This document shows positions 38,272 through 52,260 of a stretch of 64,000 bases of DNA, piece after piece. Position numbers and translations under genes: made by a program. Under the pieces are notes generated by a model that saw nothing but the letters and a program-made list of their open reading frames with translations, was not told the origin of the DNA and did not search any database. Numbering within the stretch: the first letter of the stretch is position 1; the number at the start of each line of letters is the position of its first letter. This DNA comes from Chiloscyllium plagiosum (Eukaryota), in the NCBI RefSeq assembly GCF_004010195.1, contig NC_057754.1, forward strand, positions 5,991,846 through 6,055,845, read 5' to 3'.

Positions 38272-38836
38272 TTAATACTGTGGCTGTATGGTGGTCAATA
38301 TTGTGTGTGGATAATCCTGTGGACTGAGAATGGTCAATACTGTGTGGGAATAACCGTTGGACTGAAGGATAGTCAATACTGTGTGTGTTAAATATCCTGC
38401 TGCTCAAGGTTGATCAATACAGCGAGTGAATAATCCTGTGGCTTGAGGATGGTCAATATAGTGTGTGAAAACTTATGTTGCGTGAGGACGGTCCATACTG
38501 TGTGCTGAAAATCCTGTGGAATGTGACTGGTCAATACTGTATAGCAATAATCTGTGGTCTGTGCATGTTCAATACTGTTTGTTAATAAAACTGTGGCCTG
38601 TGGATGGTCAACACTGGGTGTTAATAAACTGTGGCCTGTGCATGTTCAGTACTGTTTGTACTGAATGGTCAAGGCAATGTGTTTATTAATCCGTATGTTC
38701 GTCAATACTGTGTGGGAATAATCCTGTGGGCTGGGAATGTTGAATATTGTGTGTGAATACTCCTGTGGCCTCTGTACTGTCAACACTGTGTGTAAATAAT
38801 CCTGTGGCCTGAGGCTGGTCAATAATGTGTGTGAAT

Positions 38837-39434
38837 TATGATACGAAGATTGGTGGAGTTGTGGATAGTGAGGAGAGCTCTTGTCGGCTGCAAAGGGACT
38901 TGGATATGATGCAGAGCTGGGCTGAGGAGTGGCAGATAGAGTTCAACCCTACCAAGTGTGAGGTTGCTTAGCAGGGATGACCGTGGAGGAACAATGGCGG
39001 ATATTTCTGTGTATAATGCAGAAGTTGCAGGATCAGTTCATTCCTAAAAGGAAGAAAGATCCCAGGAGGAGGCATGGGCGGCCGTGGCTGACGAGGGAAG
39101 TTAAGAAACATATAAAGTTAAAAGAGAAAAGGGAGAACATAGCAAAGATAATTAGGAAAACTGAGGACTGGGAAGCTTTTAAAGAGCAACAGAGGATTAC
39201 TAAGAAGGAAATACGCAGAGGAAAAATGAGATATGAAGGTTAACTGGCCAATAATGAGTGGTGGGGGCATGGAATGCGCTGCCTGTGGTAGTGGTAGAGT
39301 CAGAATCTTTGGTGAGCTTTAAGGGGCAATTGGATAGGTACATGGATGGGTGCTTAAGCTAGCACAAATGTTCGGCACAACATCGTGGGCCGAAGGGCCT
39401 GTTCTGTGCTGTATTGTTCTATGTTCTATGTTCT
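38837..39434 (+). mobile_element. Chimeric CR1 insertion of three non-contiguous segments inside the satellite
   Basis: RT segment (38838-~38965), EN-RT linker segment (~38966-39255, RPWLTREVKK), and 3' end with (atgttct)n tail; empty site visible at ~41581-41610. Confidence 0.88.
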
Positions 39435-41823
39435 AATAATTTTGCTACCCGAGGATTGTCAATACTGTGTGTGAATAATCCTATGGCCTGAGGACGGTCA
39501 ATACTGTGTGTGAGTAATCCTGTGGCCTGAGGTTGGTCAATACAGTGTGTGAAAATAATCCTGTGGCCTGAGAATGGTCAATACTGTGTGTAAATAATCC
39601 TGTGGACTGAGGGCAGTCAATACTGTGTGTGATTAATCCTATGGCTCGTGAATCGTAAATACTGTGTGTGAATAACCCTTGGCCGAAGAATGGTCAATAC
39701 TGTTTGCGAATAGCCCTTTGCCTAAGGATGGGCAATACTGTGTGTGAATGATGATGTGGCCTGTGGATGGTCAATGCTGTGTGATAATAATCTTGTGGGC
39801 TGTGGATGGTCAATACTATGTGTTAAAAATCTGTGGCCTGTGCATGGTCAATATTGTTTGCAAATAATACTGTGTCCTGAGGATGGTCAATACTGTGCGT
39901 GAATAACCCTTGGCCTGAGGATGATAAATACAGTGTGTGAACAATCGTGTTGCCTGAGGTTGTTCAATACAATTTATTAATAATCCTGTGGCCTGAGAAT
40001 GGTTAATATAGTGTGAGAATAATCCTGTTGCCTAAGGATGATCAATACTGTGTAGCACTAATCCTGTTCCTTGAGGATTGTCAATACGTTGTGTGGATAA
40101 TTCATGGCCTGAGGATGGTCAATACTGTGTGTAAATAATCCTGTGACTTCAGGATGGTCAATACTATGTGGGAATAATCCTGTGACCTGTAAATATTGAA
40201 GACAGATTATTCATTAATCCTGTGCCCATGTGCTAGTCAATACTGTATTGGAATAATCCTGTGACCTGCAAATGTTGAAGACAGAGTATTCATTAATCCT
40301 GTGGCCATGTGCTAGTCAATGCTGTGTGTGAATAAACCTGTGCCCTGTGAATGGTCAATACTGTGTGTGAATATTGCTGTGGCCTGAGAATCGTCAATAC
40401 TGTGTGGGAATAATCCTGTGACATGTCAATGAACACGACAGTGTGTGCATTAATCCTGTGGCCCTATGCTGGTCAATACTGTATCTGAATAATCCTGTTG
40501 GCTGAGAATATTGACCATTGTGTGTGAATACACCTGTGGCTTGTGTTTAGTCAATACAGTGTGTGAATAAACCTGTGGCCTGAGGTTAGTCAATACTGTG
40601 TGTGAATAATCCTCTGGCCTGTGAATCATCAATACTGTGTTTGACTAATCCTTGGTCTGAGTATGAACAATACTATGTGTGAACAATCCTGTGGACTGTG
40701 AATGGTCAATAGTGTGTCAGAGTAATCCTGAACTTGAGGATGTTCAATACTGTGTGTGAATAATCCTGTGCCCTGTGGATTGTCAGTACTGTGGGAATAT
40801 TCCTGTGACCTGTTAATTGGTAAAGACAATGTGTTCATTAAACCTGTGGCCTCAGGTTGGTCAATACAGTGTGTGAATGATCTTATGGTCTTAGGATGGT
40901 CAATACTGTGTATGAATAACCCTTGACCTGAGGATGATCAATAGTGTGTGAGTAATCTTGTGGATGAAGGATGGTCAATACTGTGCGTGAATAATAATGT
41001 GGCCTGAGGGCAGTCAATACTGTGTGTGAATAATGCTATGGGCTGTGAATCGTCAGTGGTGTGTGTGTATAACCCTTTACCTAAGGATGGTCAATACTGT
41101 GAGTGAATAATAATGTGGGCTGTGGATGGTCAATGCTGTGTGATAATAATCCTGTGGCCTGTGGATCGTCAATGCTGTGTGATAGTAATCCTGTGGCCTG
41201 TGGATGGTCAATGCTGTGTATCAATAATCTGTGGCCTGTGGATAGCCAATGCTGTGTGATAATAATCCTTTGTGATGTGGATGGTCAATACTGTGAATCA
41301 ATAATCTGTGGCCTGTGCATGTTCAATACTGTTTGTTAATAAAACTGTGGCCTGTGGATGGTCAATACTGGGTGTTAATAAACTGTGGCCTGCGCATTTC
41401 CAGTACTGTTTATACTGAATGGTCAAGGCAATGTGTTTATTAATCCTGAGGCCATATGTTCGTCAATACTGTGTGGGAATAATCCTGTGGACTGGGAATG
41501 TTGAATATTGTGTGTGAATACTCCTGTGGCCTCTGTACTGTCAACACAGTGTAAATAATCCTGTAGCCTGAGGCTGGTCAATAATGTGTGTGAATAATTT
41601 TGCTACTCGAGGATTGACAATACTGTGTGTGAATAATCCTGTGGACTGTGAATGGTCAATACTGTGTGGGAGTAATCCTGGAGACGTAGAATTGTCAATA
41701 CTGTGTGTGAATTAACCTGTGGCCTGAGAATTGTTAATACAGCGTGTGAATAATCCTGTGCACTGTGAATGCTCAATATCGTGTGTGAATAATCCTGTGG
41801 CCTGAGAATGGTCAATACAGTGT

Positions 41824-41930
41824 NNNNNNNNNNNNNNNNNNNNNNNNNNNNNNNNNNNNNNNNNNNNNNNNNNNNNNNNNNNNNNNNNNNNNNNNNNNNN
41901 NNNNNNNNNNNNNNNNNNNNNNNNNNNNNN
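41824..41930. other. Assembly gap
   Basis: Run of N. Confidence 1.
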
Positions 41931-44900
41931 GGTCAATACTGTGTAGGAAAAGTCCTGTGGCTTGAGGATTGTCAATACTGTGTGTGAATGATCCATGGCC
42001 TGAGGATGGTGATACTTTGTGTAAATATTCCTCTTCCATGAGGATGGTCAATACTGTGTGGGAATAATCCTGTGACCTGTAAATGATCAAGACAGTGTGT
42101 TCATTAATCCTGTGGCCGTAGGCTGGTCAATACTGTGTGTGAATAATCATGTAGCCTGAGGATTGTGAATTCTATGTTGGAACAATCCTGTGACCTGCAA
42201 AAGTTGAAGACTGAGTGTTCATTAATCCTGTGGCCGTGTGCTAGACAATACTGTGTGTGAATAATCCTGTGCCCTGTGAATGGTCGATATGTATGTGAAT
42301 ATTGCTGTGGCCTGAGACTCGTCAATACTGCATGGAAATAATCATGTGATGTGTAAATGATCAAGACAGTGCATTCATTAATCCTATGGCTATATGGTGG
42401 TCAAGACTGTGTGTGAATAACCGTCGGGCCGAAGGACAGTCAATACTGTGTGTTTTAAATATCCTGCTGCCCGAGGATGTTCAATACAGTGAGTGAATAA
42501 TCCTGTGGCCTGAGAATGCTCCATACATTGTGTGAAAAATTACGTTGCCGGAGGACAGCCATATTGTGTGCGAATAATCCTGTGGCCTTAGAATGGTCAA
42601 TAATGTATGGGAATAATCCTCTGGCCTGTAAATCGTCAACACTGTGTGTGAATAAACTTTGGCCTGAGGATTGTCAATACAGTGTGTGAATAATCCTTTG
42701 GACAGTGAATGATCAATACCATGTATGCATAATGCTCTGGCCTGTGAATCGCCAATACTGTGTGTGAACAACCCTGTAATTTGAGAATTGTGCATAATGT
42801 GAGTGAATATTCCTGTAGCCTGATGATGGTCAATACAGTGTGAAAATAATCATGTGCCCTAAGGATGGTCAATAGCGTGTGTGACTACTCCTGTGGCCCG
42901 ATGATGGGCAATACTGAGTGTGAACAATCCCGTGGCTTGAGGATGGTCAATACTGGGTGCGAATATTTCTGTCACCTGTAAATGGTCAGGACAGTGTGTT
43001 CATTAATCCTGTGGCTGTATGCTGGTCAATACTATGTGTGAATAATCCTGTGGCCTGTGGATGTTCAAAACTGTGTGGGAATAATCCTGTGGCCTGAGAA
43101 TGGTCAATACAGTGTGTGAATACTCCTGTGATCTCAGGATGTTCAATACTGTGTGTGAACAATCCTGTGGCTTGAAGATAGTCAATATTGTGTGGAAGTA
43201 ATTCTGTGACCATGTAAATGGTTAAGACAGTGTGTTCATTAATCCTGTGGCCGTGTTCCAATCAATACTGCGTGTGAATAATGCTGTGGGCTGGGAATAT
43301 TGAATATTGTGTGTGAACACTAGTATGTCCTGAGGATGGTCAGTACTGTGTGTGAATAATCCAGTGGCCTGAGGATGTTCAATGCATAGTGCGAATTATC
43401 CTGTGGCTGAGGATTGTGAATACAGTGTTTGAGTAATCCTGTGGCCTATGAATTGTGAATAGTGTATGTGAGTAATCCTGTGGCCTGTATACTGTGAATA
43501 CCGTGCGTAAATAATCCTGTGGTCTGAGGATGATCAATACAATGTGTGAATAATCCTGTGGCCTGAGGATTGTCAATACTGTGTGTGAGCAATCCCGTGG
43601 CTTGAGGATGGTCAATACTGTGTGGAAATAATCCTATGACCTGTAAATGGTCAAGACAGTGTGTTCATTAATCCTGTGGCTGTAGGCTGGTCAATACATG
43701 TGTGAATAATGATGTGGCCTGAGGATTGTCAATACTATGTTGGAACAATCCTGTGACCTGCAAATATTGAAGCCAGAGCGTTCATTAATCATGTGGCCAT
43801 GTGCTAGTCAATGCTGTGTGTGAATAATCCTGTGCCCTGTGAATGGTCAATGCAGTGTGTTCATTAATACTGTAGCCATATGTTAGTCAATACTGTGTGG
43901 GAATAACCGTAGGGCCGAAGGATAGTCAATACTGTGTGTGTTAAGTATCCTGCTGCCTGAACATGTTCAATACCGTGAGTGAATAATCCTGTGGCCTGAG
44001 GATTGTCAATACTTTGTGTGAATAATCCTGTCGCCTGAGGACGGTCCATGCTGTGTGTGAATAATCCTGTTGGCCTGAGAATGGTCAATGCTGTGTGGGA
44101 ATAATCCTGTTGCCTGAGAATGTTCAATACTGTGTGTGAACAATCCTGTGGCTTGAGGATGGTCAATACTGTGTGGGAATATTTCTGAGACCTGTAAATG
44201 GTCAAGACAGTGTGTTCTTTAATCCTGTGGCCGTATGTTAGTCAATACTGTGTCCGAATAATCCTATGGCCTGAGGATTGTCATTACTGTGTGTGAATAG
44301 TCCTGCGGTTTGAGGACGGTCAATACTGTGTGGGAATAATCCTGTGGCCTGAGAATGGCCAATACTGTGTGGGAATAATCCTGTGGCCTGAGAATGGTCA
44401 ATACTGTGTGGGAATAATCTTATGGCCTGAGGTTGGTCAATACAGTGTGTGAACTATCCTGTGCACTGAATACTGTGAGTGAATAACCCTTGGACTAAGG
44501 ATGGTCATTACTGTGTGTGAACAATCCTGTGGCCTGAGGGTAGCGAGTACTATCTGTGCATAATCCTGCGGCCTGAGGTCAAAACTGTGTGAATAAATCT
44601 GTGACCTGTAAATGATCAAGACAGTGTGTTCATTTATCCTGTGGCCTAAGGGGGGTCAGAACTGCGTGTGAATAATCCTGTGGCCTGAGGATGATCAATA
44701 CCATGTGTGATTCATCCTGTTGCGTGAGAATGGCCAATACTGTGTGTGACAAATCCGGTGGCAGGAGGATTGTCAGTATGGTGTGTGAATATTCCTGTTG
44801 ACTGAGGATGGCCAATACTATGTCAGAATAATTCTGTAGCGTGAGGATGGTCATTATTTTGTGTGAACAATTCTGTAGCGTGAGAATGGTCAATGCAGTG

Positions 44901-47900
44901 TGTGATTAATCCTGTGGCCTGATGATGGTTAATAACATGTGAAAATAATCCTGTAGCCTGAGGATCATCAGTACTGTGTGCAGAAACTCCTGTGGCTTGA
45001 GGGTGGTCAATACTATGTGTGAATAATCCTGTTGCCTGAGGATGGTGAATACTGTGTGTGAACCATCGTGTGACTTGAGATGGTCAATACTGTGTGTGAA
45101 TAATGCTTTGGACAGTGAATGGTCAATGCCATGTGTGCATAGTCCTTTGGCCTGTGTATCGTCAATACTGTGTGTGAATAACTCTTGGCCTGTGAATCAT
45201 CAATACTGTGTGTGAATACTGCTCTGGAATGTGGATCGTCAATACTGTGTGAATAATCCTGTGCCCTGAGGATCTTCACTACTATGTGTGAACAATCCTG
45301 TGACATAAGGATCGTCAGGACAGTGTTTGCATTAATCCTGTTACTGTAGGATGGTCAATACAGTGTGTGAATAATCCTTTGGACAGTGAATGGTCAGTTC
45401 CATGTGTGATTACTCCTGTTGCCTGAGGTTGTCGAATGCTGTGTGTGAATAATCCTGCGGCCTGAGGTTGGTCAATACTGGGTGTGATTAATCCTGTGGC
45501 CTCAGGATGGTCATTATTTTGTGTGAATCGTTCTGTTGCATGAGGATGGTCAATACAGTGTGTGAATAATCCTTTGGACAGTGAGTGATCAGTTCCATGT
45601 GTGATTAATCTTGTTGCCTGAGGTTGTTCAATATTGTGTGTGAATAATGCTGTGGGCTGTGAATGGTCAATACTGTGTGTGAATAATCCTGTGGTCTGAA
45701 GATGGTCAATACTGTGTGTGAATAATCATGTGGCTTGAGTTGATCAATATTGTGTGCACTGCTCCTGTTGCCTGAGGATGGTCAATACTTTGTGAGAATA
45801 ATACTTTGGACAGTGAATGGTCAATACCATGTGTGAACAATCCTGTGGCCTGAGGATGGTCAATACACTATGTGAATAAACATGTGGCCTGATGATTGTC
45901 AATACCATGTGAAAATAATCCTGTGGCTTGCGGATGGCCAATATTGTTTGTGAATGATCCTGTGGCCTGAGGATGGTCAATACTGTGTGTGAATAATTGT
46001 GTTGCATGAGGCTGGTCAATAACCTGTGTGAATAATCCTTTTGCCTGTGGATGGTCAATAACGTGTGTCACTAATCCTGTGGCCTGTGAATCTTCAATAC
46101 TGTGTGTGAATAACCCTTGGCCTGAGGGTGGTCAATTCTGTGTGTGAACAATCCTGTGGCCTGAGAATGGTCAGGACAGTGTGTTCATTAATCGTGGGGT
46201 CGTAGGCTGGTCAGTACAGTGTGTGAATAATCATGTGGCCTGAGAATGTTTAATATCGTTTGTGCATAATCCTGTGGCCTGAGGTTGGTCAATACTCTGT
46301 GTGAATAATCCTGTTGCTTGACGATTGTCAATATAGTGTGTGAATAATTCCTCGGTCTGAGGATGGTCAATACTATGTGTGAATAACCCGTGGCCTGTGG
46401 ATCGTCAGTATGTGCTTCAATAGTCCTGTGGCCTGAGGATGGTCAATTCCTTGTGTGAATAATCCTGTGACCTGTAAACTGATAAGAGAGTTCAAAAATT
46501 CTGTGGCCGTAGGCTGGTCAATACAGTGTGTGAGTAATCCTGAGGCCTGACGATGTAAAGTACTGTATGTGAATAATCCTGAGGATGGAGAATACTGTGT
46601 GTGTATACTCCTGCAGCCTGAGGATGGAGAATACTTGCGTGAATAATCCTGTGGGCTGTGGATTGTCAACACTGTGTGTTTAAATAATCCTGGGAACTAT
46701 GACTGCTCAATACTGTTTATGAACACTCCAGTGGCCTGAGGTTGGTCAATACTGAGAGTGAATAATCTTGTGACCTGATGATGGTCAATACCATGTGAAA
46801 ATAATCCTGTTGCCTGAGGATGGTCAATATTGTGTGAGAATAATCCTGTGGCTTGAGGATAGTCAATACTGTGTGTGAATAAAACTTTGGAAAGTGAATG
46901 GTCAATACCATGTGTGAATAATCCACTGGCCTGTGAATCGTTAATACTGTGTGTGAATAATCGTGTGGCCTGTGAACTGTCTGTGCTGTGTGTGAGTAAT
47001 GCTGTGGACTGTGAATGGTCCATACTGTGTGTGAATATTCCTGTGGCCTGTGAGCGGTCTGTGCTGTGTGTGAGTAATGCTGTGGACTGTGAATGGTCAA
47101 TACTGTGTGTGAATAATCCTGTGGCCTGAGAATGGTCAATACTGTGTGTGAATACTCTTGTGGCCTGAGGATAGTCAATAATGTGTGAGAATAATCCTGT
47201 AGCGTGATGATGGTCAATACCTTGTGTGAATAAGGCTGTGGCCTGTGAATGGTCAGTACTGTGTAGGAATAATCCTGAGGCCTGAGGGTGGTCAATACTG
47301 TGTGTAAATAATCCTGGAACTATGAATGCTCAAATCTGTGTGTGAATAATCTTGTGGCCTGAGGGTGGTCATTGCTGTATGTGAGTAATCTTGACCTGAG
47401 TATCGTCAATAATGTGTGTGAATAATCCTGTGGCCTGAGAGTGGTTAATACAGTGTGAGAATAATTCTGTTGCGTGAGGATGGTCAATACAGTGTGTGAT
47501 TAATCCTGTGGCCTGATGATAGTCAATACTGTGTGAAAATGATCCGGTGGCCTGAGGATGGTCAATACCGTATATGAATAATCATGTGTCCTGATAATGG
47601 TCAATACCGTGTGAATAATCCTCTGGCCTGAGGATGGTCAATACTGTGTGTGAATAATCCTGTGGCCTGTGAAGCATCAATACGGTGTGTGAATAATCCT
47701 CTGGCCTGTGGTTCTACAATACTATGCGTGAACAATCCTGTGGCATGAGGATGGTCATGACATTGTGTTCATTAGTCCTGGGGCCGTAGGCTGACCAATA
47801 CTGTGTGTGAATAACCCTTGGCCAGATGGTGGTCAATACTTAGTGAATAATCCTGTGCCCAGTAAACTGACAAGGCAGTGGGTTCAAAAATCCTGTGGAG

Positions 47901-50878
47901 GTAGGCTGGTCAGTACAGTGTGTGAATAATCCTGTGGCCCGAGGATGGAGAATACTTGTGTGAATAATTCTGTGGACTGTGGATTGTCAATATAGTGTTT
48001 AAATAATCCTGGGAACAATGAATGCTCAATACTGTTTATGAATATTCCTGTGGCCTGAGGTTGGTCAATACTTTGAGTGAATAATCTTGTGGCGGGAGGC
48101 TGGTCATGATCCTGTGGTCTGCGGAATGTCAATACCGTGTGTGAATACTCCTGTGGCATTAGGGTGGTCTATACTGTGTGTGAATAATTCTTTGCGTGAG
48201 GATGGTCAATATTGCGTGTGAATAATCCTATTGCCTGAGGATGGTCAATACTGTGTGTGAATAATGCTTTGGGCTGTGAATGGTCAATGCTGTGCGTGAA
48301 TAATCCTGTTGTCTGACGATGGTCAATACTGTGTGAGAATAATCCTTTGCACAGTGAATGGTCAATACCATGTGTGATTACTCCTGTGACCTGATGATTG
48401 TCAATACCATGTGTGAATAATCCTGTGGCTTGCGGATTGTCAATATTGTGTGTGAATAATTGTGTTGCGTCAGGAAATGTCAATACTGTGTGTGAACAAC
48501 CTTGTGACATGAAAATGGTTAATACTCTGTGTGAATAATCCACTGGCCTGCGAATCGTCAATACTGTGTGTGAATAAACCATTGCTTGAGGGTTATCAAT
48601 ACCATGTGTGAGCAATCCTGTGGCCTGAGGATGGTCAGGACAATGTGTTCATTAATCCTGTGCCTTGAGAATGGTCAATACAGTGTGTGAATAATCCTTT
48701 GGACAGTGAATGGTTGGTTCCATGTATGAATATTCCTGTGGCCTGTACACTGTCAAGGCAGTTGGATCAAACATCCAGTGGCTGTAGGCTGGTCAATACT
48801 GTGTGAGAATAATCCTGTGGCTTGCGGATGGTCAATATTGTGTGTGAATAATCCTTTTGGATAGTGAATGGTCATTACCATGTGCGAATAATCCTCTGGC
48901 CTGTGAATCGTCAATACTGTGTGTGAGCAATCCTATGACCTGAGAATGGTCAAAACTATGTGCGATTAATCCTGTTGACTGGGGTTGTTCAATGCTGTGT
49001 TTGAATAATTCTGTGGTCTGTGAACGGTCTATGCTGTATGTGAATAATGCTGTGGACTGTGAATGGTGAATACTGTGTGTGAATAATCCTGCGGCGTGAG
49101 GGTGGTCAATATTATTTGTGGACAATCCTGTGGCCTGAGGATGGCCAAAACTGTGAGGGAATTATCCCGTGGCCTGAGGATGGTCAGTTCTGTGTGGGAA
49201 TAATCCTTTGGCCTGAGGAAGGTCAATAATGGTATGTGACAAATCTGGTGGCCTGAGGATGGTCAATATGGTGTGTGAATAATCTTGGGAACTATGAATG
49301 CTCAACACTGTGTGCGAGTAATCTTGTGGCCTGAGGATGGTCAATGCTGTGTGCGAATAATCCCGTGGTCTGATGATGGTCAATAATTTATGTGAATAAT
49401 TCTGTTGCGTGAGGATGGTCAGTACAGTATGTGATTAATCCTGTGGCCTGATGATGGTCAATACCTTGTGAAAATAATCCTGTGGCCTGAGGATCGTCAA
49501 TACTGTGTGTGAAAAATCCTGTGGCTTGAGGTAAATCAATACTGTATATGAATAAACCCGTGTCCTGATAATGGTCAATACCGTGTGTGAATAATCCTGG
49601 TACCTGAGGATAGTCAATAATGTGTGTCGCCACTCCTGTGGCCTATGAATCGTCAATACTGTGTGTGAATAACCCTTGGCCTGAGGATTGTCAATACTTT
49701 GTGTGAATAATCCTGTGACCAGTAAACGGACAAGGCAGTAGGTTCAAAAATCCTGTGGAAGTTGGCTGGTAAATACAACGTGTGAATAATCCTGAGGCCG
49801 GAGGATGGAGAATACTGTGTGTGTATAAACCTGCGGCCCGAGGATGGAGAATACTTGTGTGAATAATTCTGTGGACTGTGGATTGTCAATACTGTGTTTA
49901 AATAATCCTGAGAACGCTGAATGCTCAATACTGTTTATGAATACTCCTGTAGACTGAGGTTGGTCAATACTTTCAGTAATAATCTTGTGGCGGGAGGCTG
50001 GTCAATAATGTGTGAAAATAATCCTGTGGCCTGAGGATGGTCAATATCGTGTGTGTGAATAATCCTGTGGCAGTAGGGTGGTCTATGCTGTGCATAAATA
50101 ATTCTTTGCGTGAGGATGGTCAATATTGCGTGTGAATAATCCTGTTGCCTGAGGATGATCAATAATGTTTGCCACTAATCCGGTGGCCTGAGGATGGTCA
50201 ATACAGTGTGTGAATAATCCTTTGGACAGTGAATGGTCAGTTCCATGTGTGATTAATTCTGTTGCCTGAGCTTGTTCAATACTGTGTGCGAATAATGCTG
50301 CGGCCTGAGGATGGTCAATACTGTGCGTGAATAATCTTGTTGCCGGAGTTGATGAATACTCTGTGAACTGCTCCTGTTGCCTGAGGATGGTCAATACTGT
50401 GTGAGAATAATCTTTTGCACAGTGAATGGTCAATATCATGTGTGATTATTCCTGTGGCCTGATGATTGTCAATACCATGTGAAAATAACCCTGTGGCTTG
50501 AGGATGATCAATACCGTGTGTGAATAATTGTGTTGTGTCAGGATGGTCAGTACTGTGTGAGAATAATCCTGTTGCCTGAGGATGGTCAATAAGGTGTGTC
50601 ATTATACCTGTGGCCTGTCAGTCTTCAATACTGTGTGTGAATAACCCTTGGCCTGAGGGTGAACAATTCTGTGTGTGAACAATCCTGTGGACTGAGGATA
50701 GTCAGGACAGTGTATTCCTTAATCCTGGGACCGCAGCCTGGTCAATACAGTGTGTGAATAATCATGTGGCCTGAGAATGTTTGTTTAATACTGTTTGTGA
50801 ATATTCCTGTGTCCTGAGGTTGTTCAATACAGTGTGTGAATAATCCTTTGGACAGTGAATTCTGAGTTCCATATGTGA

Positions 50879-51378
50879 NNNNNNNNNNNNNNNNNNNNNN
50901 NNNNNNNNNNNNNNNNNNNNNNNNNNNNNNNNNNNNNNNNNNNNNNNNNNNNNNNNNNNNNNNNNNNNNNNNNNNNNNNNNNNNNNNNNNNNNNNNNNNN
51001 NNNNNNNNNNNNNNNNNNNNNNNNNNNNNNNNNNNNNNNNNNNNNNNNNNNNNNNNNNNNNNNNNNNNNNNNNNNNNNNNNNNNNNNNNNNNNNNNNNNN
51101 NNNNNNNNNNNNNNNNNNNNNNNNNNNNNNNNNNNNNNNNNNNNNNNNNNNNNNNNNNNNNNNNNNNNNNNNNNNNNNNNNNNNNNNNNNNNNNNNNNNN
51201 NNNNNNNNNNNNNNNNNNNNNNNNNNNNNNNNNNNNNNNNNNNNNNNNNNNNNNNNNNNNNNNNNNNNNNNNNNNNNNNNNNNNNNNNNNNNNNNNNNNN
51301 NNNNNNNNNNNNNNNNNNNNNNNNNNNNNNNNNNNNNNNNNNNNNNNNNNNNNNNNNNNNNNNNNNNNNNNNNNNNNN
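50879..51378. other. Assembly gap
   Basis: Run of N. Confidence 1.
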
Positions 51379-51850
51379 TTGTGGATAGTGTGGAGAGCCT
51401 TTGTAGGCTGCAAGAGGACATTGATAAGATGCAGAGCTGGGCTGAGAAGTGGCAGATGTAATTCTACCAGGGAAAATATGAAGTTATTCATTTTGGAATT
51501 TCAAATTTGAGTGCATATTTTCAGATTAAATGCAGGATTCTTGACAATGTGGTGGAAAAGATGGATCGTGGGGTGCACGTCCATATATCCCTCATAGCTG
51601 ACATCCGAGGTGATAGGGTTATTAAGACGGTGTATGGTGTATTGGTTTTCATTAGCAGGGATATTGAGCCTAAGAGCCACGTGGTTATGCTGCAGCTCTA
51701 TGGATCAGTGGTGAGACTAGACTTACAATATTGTGTTCGGTTCTGATCACCTCATTATACATAGGATGTGGAAGCTTTAGAGAAGGTGCAGATGAGGTTT
51801 ATCAAGATGTTGCCTGGACTGGAAGGCGTGTCTTATGAAGAACTGAGGGA
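51379..51850 (+). mobile_element. CR1 RT C-terminal fragment
   Basis: VYGVLVFISRDIEPKSHVVMLQLYGSVVRLDLQYCVRF. Confidence 0.85.
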
Positions 51851-52109
51851 CAAAATAGCTCGCTTGATAGAATTGAGCGAACAAATGAGACAGTGTTTAT
51901 TGAAAAGGATTGTTTTTGTTTAAAAATGCAGTTGATGCAAGAATAATATATTTTCCTCCATTTGTTTTCTTGTAGAGACTTTTTTTTAATTGTCATGATT
52001 CAATATTGAGATACTTGTGTCAGAGTGTGCAAAGGGGAGAGTGAGAGAGAAAGAAATTTTTAAAAAGCAGAAAGGAAAGGAACTGGCGAGCAGAGGAGCT
52101 CCAACTGTA

Positions 52110-52260
52110 TTGTCTCACCCTACCAACATCTTATTGGGTGAGCTGGAATGCAGACTAGTCAAGGAACAACCTGACATAGTCATACGCACAGAATTTTAGC
52201 TTACAATGTCCTAGACACCACCGTCACCATCCCTGTATGTCCTGTCCCACCGGCAGGACA
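52110..52260 (+). mobile_element. LINE apurinic-endonuclease N-terminal remnant
   Basis: LLGELECRLVKEQPDIVIRTE, then TTVTIP..VLSHRQD. Confidence 0.6.

Larger units (their letters stand above)
30231..50878. repeat. Satellite array, 39-bp unit (consensus approx. GGTCAATACTGTGTGTGAATAATCCTGTGGCCTGAGGAT), roughly 500 diverged copies, running into a gap
   Basis: Direct reading; 13-aa periodicity (LTILRPQDYSHTV) in the ORF track; copy number is length divided by unit. Confidence 0.98.

Noticed and set aside
30146..50602. Many 60-200-aa ORFs with 13-aa repeats as a real repetitive protein
   Set aside because: They follow from the 39-bp unit; frequent stops and 38-bp variants break the frame, and I see no sign of frame conservation.
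30231..50878. Satellite as a CRISPR array
   Set aside because: Head-to-tail monomers with no unique spacers, no cas genes and a vertebrate context.
30231..50878. CTGAGGA in each monomer as a hammerhead core, as in newt satellite 2
   Set aside because: The consensus has GAATA rather than GAAA and no stem II pairing.
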